Below are positions 59,585-64,000 of a stretch of DNA of 64,000 bases, in pieces. This stretch comes from an uncultured Gemmataceae bacterium (lineage in GTDB: Bacteria > Planctomycetota > Planctomycetia > Gemmatales > Gemmataceae). Below the pieces are notes generated by a model, which ran no database searches, had not been told where the DNA came from, and was given only the letters and a program-made list of their open reading frames with translations. The stretch spans positions 96,001 to 160,000 of the forward strand of contig CAVVPN010000001.1 of the NCBI GenBank assembly GCA_963750165.1, read 5' to 3'. The stretch's first letter is position 1, and every line of letters begins with the position of its first letter. The position numbers were made by a program, and so were the translations under genes.

Positions 59585-62257
59585 TTGCACCCAACGGACG
59601 CACACTCCTTTCCCAGCCGCACTGGTGACGCCGTGGCCGACCCGACCCCTTCCCCAACGCCCGAGCCGCTGGCAGCCGCCGCGCCGACCGCCGGGGCGCG
59701 CGCCTCGGGCCTGCCGTTCCCGGTGGTCGGCGTCGGCGCCTCGATGGGCGGCCTGGAGGCGTTCCGCGAGCTGCTCGGCAACCTGCCGGCCGACCCGAAC
59801 CTCGCCCTCCTGTACGTGCAGCACCTCGACCCCACGCAGCCGAGCCTGCTCATCGACATCCTCCGCCGCGCCACGCCGCTGCCGGTGGTTCAGGCGCAGC
59901 AGGACATGGCCGTCGCGGTTAACCAGGTCTACGTCATCCCGCCGCACGCGGACATCGCCCTGGCCGACGGCCACATCCGCCTGCAACCGCGGCCCGCCCG
60001 CCGCGCCCCGCACATGCCCATCGACTACCTGTTCCGCTCCCTGGCCGAGGTGCAGCAGAACCGGGCCATCGGCGTCGTGCTCTCCGGCGGCGGCACCGAC
60101 GGCACCCTGGGACTGATGGCCATCAAGGCCGAGGGCGGCATCACCTTCGCCCAGGACGAGAAGAGCGCCCGCCAGGGCGCCATGCCGCGCTCCGCCATCA
60201 CCGAGGGCTGGGTCGATCACGTCCTCCCGCCCGCGGAGATCGCTGGCCGCCTCGTGCGCCTGGCCCACCACCCCTATGCCACCCTGAGCGAGCCGGTGGC
60301 GTCCCCCGGCGAGCTTGACGGCGTCACCGACCGCATCCTCGGCGTGCTCCGCCAGGCCACCGACACCGACTTCAGCCAGTACAAGCGCACCACCATCAAC
60401 CGCCGCATCCGCCGCCGCATGGCCCTGCGCGGCCTGGACGAGTTCGAGGACTACCTGCGGCTGCTGCAGGCCGACCAGGCCGAGGCCCACCACCTCTACC
60501 AGGACCTGCTCATCCGCGTCACCCGCTTCTTCCGCGACGAGGACGTGTACGACGCCCTCAAGGCCGAGGTGCTGCCGCGGCTGCTCAAGGACCGCTCCGC
60601 CAACACGCCCATCCGCGTCTGGGTGGCGGGCTGCTCCACCGGCGAGGAGGCGTACTCGCTGGCCATCGTCCTGCTCGAACACCTCGGCGACCAGGGCGCC
60701 AACCACGCCATCAAGATCCTCGCCACCGACATCAACGAGGCGGCCCTGGAGAAGGCCCGCGCCGGCGTGTACGTGGACAACATCGAGCTGGACGTGCCGC
60801 CGGAGCGGCTGCAGCGCTTCTTCGCCAAGGTCAACGGCCACTACCAGGTCGGCAAGTCGGTGCGCGACCTGTGCGTTTTCTCGCGGCACAACCTGGCCAC
60901 CGACCCGCCGTTCTCGCGGCTCGACCTGGTCAGCTGCCGCAACGTCCTGATCTACCTCGACGCGGCGCTGCAGCGGCGCATCCTGCCGGTGCTGCACTAC
61001 GCCCTGCAGCCGGGCGGCTTTTTGCTGCTCGGCTCCTCCGAGACGGTCGGGCCGTTCAGCGACTACTTCACGGCGGTGGACGCCAAGCACCGCATCTACG
61101 AGAAGAACGGCGTGCCGGTGACGATGCCGGCCGGCCTCGACTTCGGGCCGTTCGTCGAGTCGCGCGTCTTCAGCGCGCGGCCGCGGCTGGCGGCGGCCGG
61201 CTGGAGCGCCCTGGACGTGCAGAAGGAGGCCGACCGCGTCGTGCTGAACAAGTACGCGCCGGTCGGCGTGGTGGTGGACGAGAGCCTGACGGTGCTGCAG
61301 TTCCGCGGCCGCACCTCGGCGTACCTGGAGCCGGCGCCCGGCATGGCCAGCCTGGACCTGCTCAAGATGCTGCGCGAGGGGTTGATGGGCGAGGTGCGGG
61401 CGGCGCTGGCCCGGGCCAGGGCCGACGGCCAGCCGGTGCGCCGCGAAGGCATCACCCTGCGCGAGAAGGACCGGGTGCGGCTGGTGAACCTGGAGGTGCT
61501 GCCGATCCGGGTGCCGCCGGGCGGCGGCCACTGCTTCGTGGTGCTGTTCCGGGACGCGCCGCCGCCGGCCCCGCCCGCCGCCCCGGCCGACGGCGCCCCG
61601 GGGCCGACCGCCGCCGAGCAGCAGGTCGCCCAGCTGCAGCAGGAGCTGGCCTCGACGCGCGAGTACCTGCAGTCGGTCATCGAGGAGTACGAATCGACCT
61701 GCGAGGAACTGAAGTCGGCCAGCGAGGAAATCCTGTCGAGCAACGAGGAATTGCAGAGCACCAACGAGGAGCTGCAGACGGCCAAGGAGGAGACGCAGTC
61801 GGCCAACGAGGAGCTGGTGACGCTCAACGACGAGCTGAAGCACCGCAACATGGAGCTGGCCCAGGTCAACAACGACCTGATTAACCTGCTGGCGGCGGTG
61901 CAGATCCCGATCATGCTCGTCAGCCGCGAGCTGCGCATCCGCCGCATCACGCCGGTGGCGGAGAAGGTGCTGAACCTGATCCCGACCGACGTGGGCCGGC
62001 CGTTCAGCGACATCAAGACGAACCTGGACGTGCCGGACCTGGTGGAGCGCATCGCCCGGGTGATCGACACGCTGGCGCCGCACGAGAGCGAGGTGCGCGA
62101 CACCGACGGCCGCTGGTACTCGCTGCGCATCCGGCCGTATGTGACGCTGGACAATAAAATTGATGGTGCGTCGGTGATCCTGGTGGACATCGACTCGCTG
62201 CAGCGCAGCCTGGAGAAGCTGCGCAGTGCCTCGGGCGGCGGCGGGGAAGCGCGCTAA
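59585..62257 (+). CDS. CheB methylesterase / CheR methyltransferase fusion with coiled coil and PAS domain
   Basis: GVGASMGG, VQHL, LSGGGTDG; VTRFFRD, WVAGCSTGEEAYS, SCRNVLIY; SNEELQSTNEELQT; PAS_10-like tail. Start uncertain (TTG 59585 or a later GTG). Confidence 0.92.
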   Translation: MHPTDAHSFPSRTGDAVADPTPSPTPEPLAAAAPTAGARASGLPFPVVGVGASMGGLEAFRELLGNLPADPNLALLYVQHLDPTQPSLLIDILRRATPLPVVQAQQDMAVAVNQVYVIPPHADIALADGHIRLQPRPARRAPHMPIDYLFRSLAEVQQNRAIGVVLSGGGTDGTLGLMAIKAEGGITFAQDEKSARQGAMPRSAITEGWVDHVLPPAEIAGRLVRLAHHPYATLSEPVASPGELDGVTDRILGVLRQATDTDFSQYKRTTINRRIRRRMALRGLDEFEDYLRLLQADQAEAHHLYQDLLIRVTRFFRDEDVYDALKAEVLPRLLKDRSANTPIRVWVAGCSTGEEAYSLAIVLLEHLGDQGANHAIKILATDINEAALEKARAGVYVDNIELDVPPERLQRFFAKVNGHYQVGKSVRDLCVFSRHNLATDPPFSRLDLVSCRNVLIYLDAALQRRILPVLHYALQPGGFLLLGSSETVGPFSDYFTAVDAKHRIYEKNGVPVTMPAGLDFGPFVESRVFSARPRLAAAGWSALDVQKEADRVVLNKYAPVGVVVDESLTVLQFRGRTSAYLEPAPGMASLDLLKMLREGLMGEVRAALARARADGQPVRREGITLREKDRVRLVNLEVLPIRVPPGGGHCFVVLFRDAPPPAPPAAPADGAPGPTAAEQQVAQLQQELASTREYLQSVIEEYESTCEELKSASEEILSSNEELQSTNEELQTAKEETQSANEELVTLNDELKHRNMELAQVNNDLINLLAAVQIPIMLVSRELRIRRITPVAEKVLNLIPTDVGRPFSDIKTNLDVPDLVERIARVIDTLAPHESEVRDTDGRWYSLRIRPYVTLDNKIDGASVILVDIDSLQRSLEKLRSASGGGGEAR

Positions 62258-62470
62258 GCCGCAAGCGGCAGACAGACGGGGTGGAGCGCGACCGTCTTCG
62301 GTGCTGCCGCTTGCGGCTAAGTGGTTCGTACCGCCATTAACTGGAGGGTTGCGAGATCGTTCGTAGGACGGCTCTCCAGAGCCGTCCCGGGGTGAGCGGG
62401 ACGGCTCTGGAGAGCCGTCCTACGGTCCCAGGCCGTCACCCCCAACCCTCCAGTTAATTGCGGTACGGAC
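62255..62470. repeat. Cluster of palindromes: GCCGCAAGCGGC pair, then a GTAG-REP doublet nested in another inverted repeat
   Basis: AGCCGCAAGCGGCAG...CTGCCGCTTGCGGCT; GTACCGCCATTAACTGGAGGGTTG [CGTAGGACGGCTCTCCAGAGCCGTCCCG...CGGGACGGCTCTGGAGAGCCGTCCTACG] CAACCCTCCAGTTAATTGCGGTAC. Confidence 0.88.
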
Positions 62471-62613
62471 CGCTTAGCGCTCCGAACCCTCGGGCGGCGT
62501 GGAGGCGCTGTTGAGGGATCGGCGCGCGGCTTGCATGGGCGGAAGGGAAGCAGGCCCATCGGGACAGAGAACAGAGGACGCAATCAGCATGGGACGCGAC
62601 GGGGGGTGCCGCA

Positions 62614-64000
62614 ATGGAAACGTCGCTGAACGGACGCGGCGCAGCCACGGCCGGCCCCGGGCCGGTGATCGACGAGGCCCGGCGGCGCGAGGGTGAGCTG
62701 CTCGACCGCATCAGCCAGCTGGAAGAGGACCAGGCCGCCCTCACGGACCAGCTGCAGCGCTTCCGTGAGCTGTTCGAGTTCGCCCCGGACTGCTATCTGG
62801 TGACGGACGCCGCCGGCGTCATTTTGGAAGCCAACCTGGCGGCCGTGGGGCTGTTCGGCCGGCCGCGCGAATTCCTGATCAACAAACCGATGCCGTTCCT
62901 GCTGGCGGCGGAGGATCGCCAGCAGATCTACCGGCGGCTGGCGCAGGTGCGCTTCGGCCTCGACGCCCCGCAGACCTGGGAGCTGGGTCTGGACACCGAC
63001 CCGGACGAGCCGGTCCACCTCGTCGTCACCATGACGCCGGCCCGGGCCGAGGGGGCCGCCCGGCCCATCCTGCACTGGCTGCTGCGCAACATCACCGCCC
63101 GGAAACGCGCCGAGCAGTCGCTGGCGGTCGAGATGGCCATCGCCGACGGCCTCGTCGAGGCGGCCCAGGCGGCGGTGCTGGTGCTCGACCGCGACGGCCG
63201 CGTCACCCGCGTCAACGCCTTCCTGGAGGCGCTCTCGGGCTACCCGCGGGAGGAACTGCTGGGCCGGCACTGGGGCAGCCTGCTGGCGTTCGACCCGCCC
63301 GCGGCCGGCGCGTTCCCCGCCGGCGCGACGGTGCGGTCGCTGCGGACGCGCGACGGCCGGGTGCGCACCGTCGCCTGGTCGAGCCGGCCGCTGTCCGGCG
63401 CCGGCGCCGGCGCGGCGCTGCTGCTGGGCCACGACATCACCGACCTGGAGGAGAAGCAGCGGCAGGCGCTGCGGCTGGAGCGGCTGGCGGCGATCGGCCA
63501 GACGGCGGCGGGCCTGGCGCACGAGAGCCGCAACGCCCTGCAGCGCAGCCAGGCGAACCTGACGATGCTGCGCTGGCGCCTGGCCGGCCAGCCGGAGCTG
63601 CTGGAGCTGCTGAGGCGGGCGCAGAAGGCCCAGGACGATTTGCTGCGGCTCTACGAGGACGTGCGTGCCTTCGCCGCCCCGGTCATCACCGAGAAGCAGC
63701 ACTGCGACCTGACGGAGGTGTGGCGGGCCGCCTGGGAGGAATCGCTGACGCTGCAGCCGGGCCGCGACGCCGCGCTGGCCGAGGAGGTGGAGGGGGCGCC
63801 GGTGTGCCCGGCCGACCGCTTCCGGCTGACGCAGGTGTTCCGCAACATCTTCGACAATGCCCTGGCCGCGTGTCCCGACCCGGTGCGCGTAACGGTCAGC
63901 CTGCCGGCCGGTGGAGGCGGACGGGTCGGCGGCGCTGGGCGTGGTGGTGCGCGACAACGGCCCGGGGCTGAACGAGGAGCAGCGGCAGCGGCTGTTCGAG
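62614..64000 (+). CDS. PAS-PAS sensor histidine kinase (partial; frameshift near 63901)
   Basis: Absent from the ORF track (no stop). METSLNGRG...FRELFEFAPDCYLVTDAAGVILEAN; H-box GLAHESRNALQ; N-box QVFRNIFDNAL; G1 box VRDNGPGL in the +1 frame. Confidence 0.88.
   Translation, partial: METSLNGRGAATAGPGPVIDEARRREGELLDRISQLEEDQAALTDQLQRFRELFEFAPDCYLVTDAAGVILEANLAAVGLFGRPREFLINKPMPFLLAAEDRQQIYRRLAQVRFGLDAPQTWELGLDTDPDEPVHLVVTMTPARAEGAARPILHWLLRNITARKRAEQSLAVEMAIADGLVEAAQAAVLVLDRDGRVTRVNAFLEALSGYPREELLGRHWGSLLAFDPPAAGAFPAGATVRSLRTRDGRVRTVAWSSRPLSGAGAGAALLLGHDITDLEEKQRQALRLERLAAIGQTAAGLAHESRNALQRSQANLTMLRWRLAGQPELLELLRRAQKAQDDLLRLYEDVRAFAAPVITEKQHCDLTEVWRAAWEESLTLQPGRDAALAEEVEGAPVCPADRFRLTQVFRNIFDNALAACPDPVRVTVSLPAGGGGRVGGAGRGGARQRPGAERGAAAAAVR

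Overview
High-GC bacterial DNA, most likely a planctomycete of the Gemmataceae type. This is inferred from the WD40/HEAT/zinc-ribbon proteins, the MoxR-DUF58-BatA-prenyltransferase-NPCBM operon, the Uma2 and DUF3500 genes and the style of the intergenic palindromes. The first 20 kb is a leftward run: modABC, rpmF-plsX-[small protein + S8 protease]-fabD-acpP-fabF, a MoeB-rhodanese gene, an ArsC-like gene, a RelE/ParE toxin-antitoxin pair, a large HzsA-like/heme/HEAT protein and two WD40 paralogues. The middle holds HEAT proteins, a divergent M32 carboxypeptidase / circularly permuted ATP-grasp pair, and the MoxR operon. The right end holds a sulfotransferase, a SNF2 helicase, an HtrA protease and a CheB/CheR-PAS kinase signalling locus. 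About a dozen single-base frameshifts, including one in fabF, point to assembly indel errors rather than real pseudogenes. The most notable observations are: (1) an in-frame UGA giving a UxxC motif, followed by a SECIS-like hairpin, i.e. a probable selenoprotein truncated by the ORF track; (2) an acyl carrier protein carrying a ~110-aa extra N-terminal domain; (3) a stand-alone copy of a subtilase prodomain encoded just upstream of its protease inside the fab cluster; (4) many distinct REP-like palindrome families, some nested and one inserted in frame into a gene with flanking direct repeats. No rRNA, tRNA, CRISPR array or transposase was recognised. All family assignments come from motif recognition by eye, not database searches.
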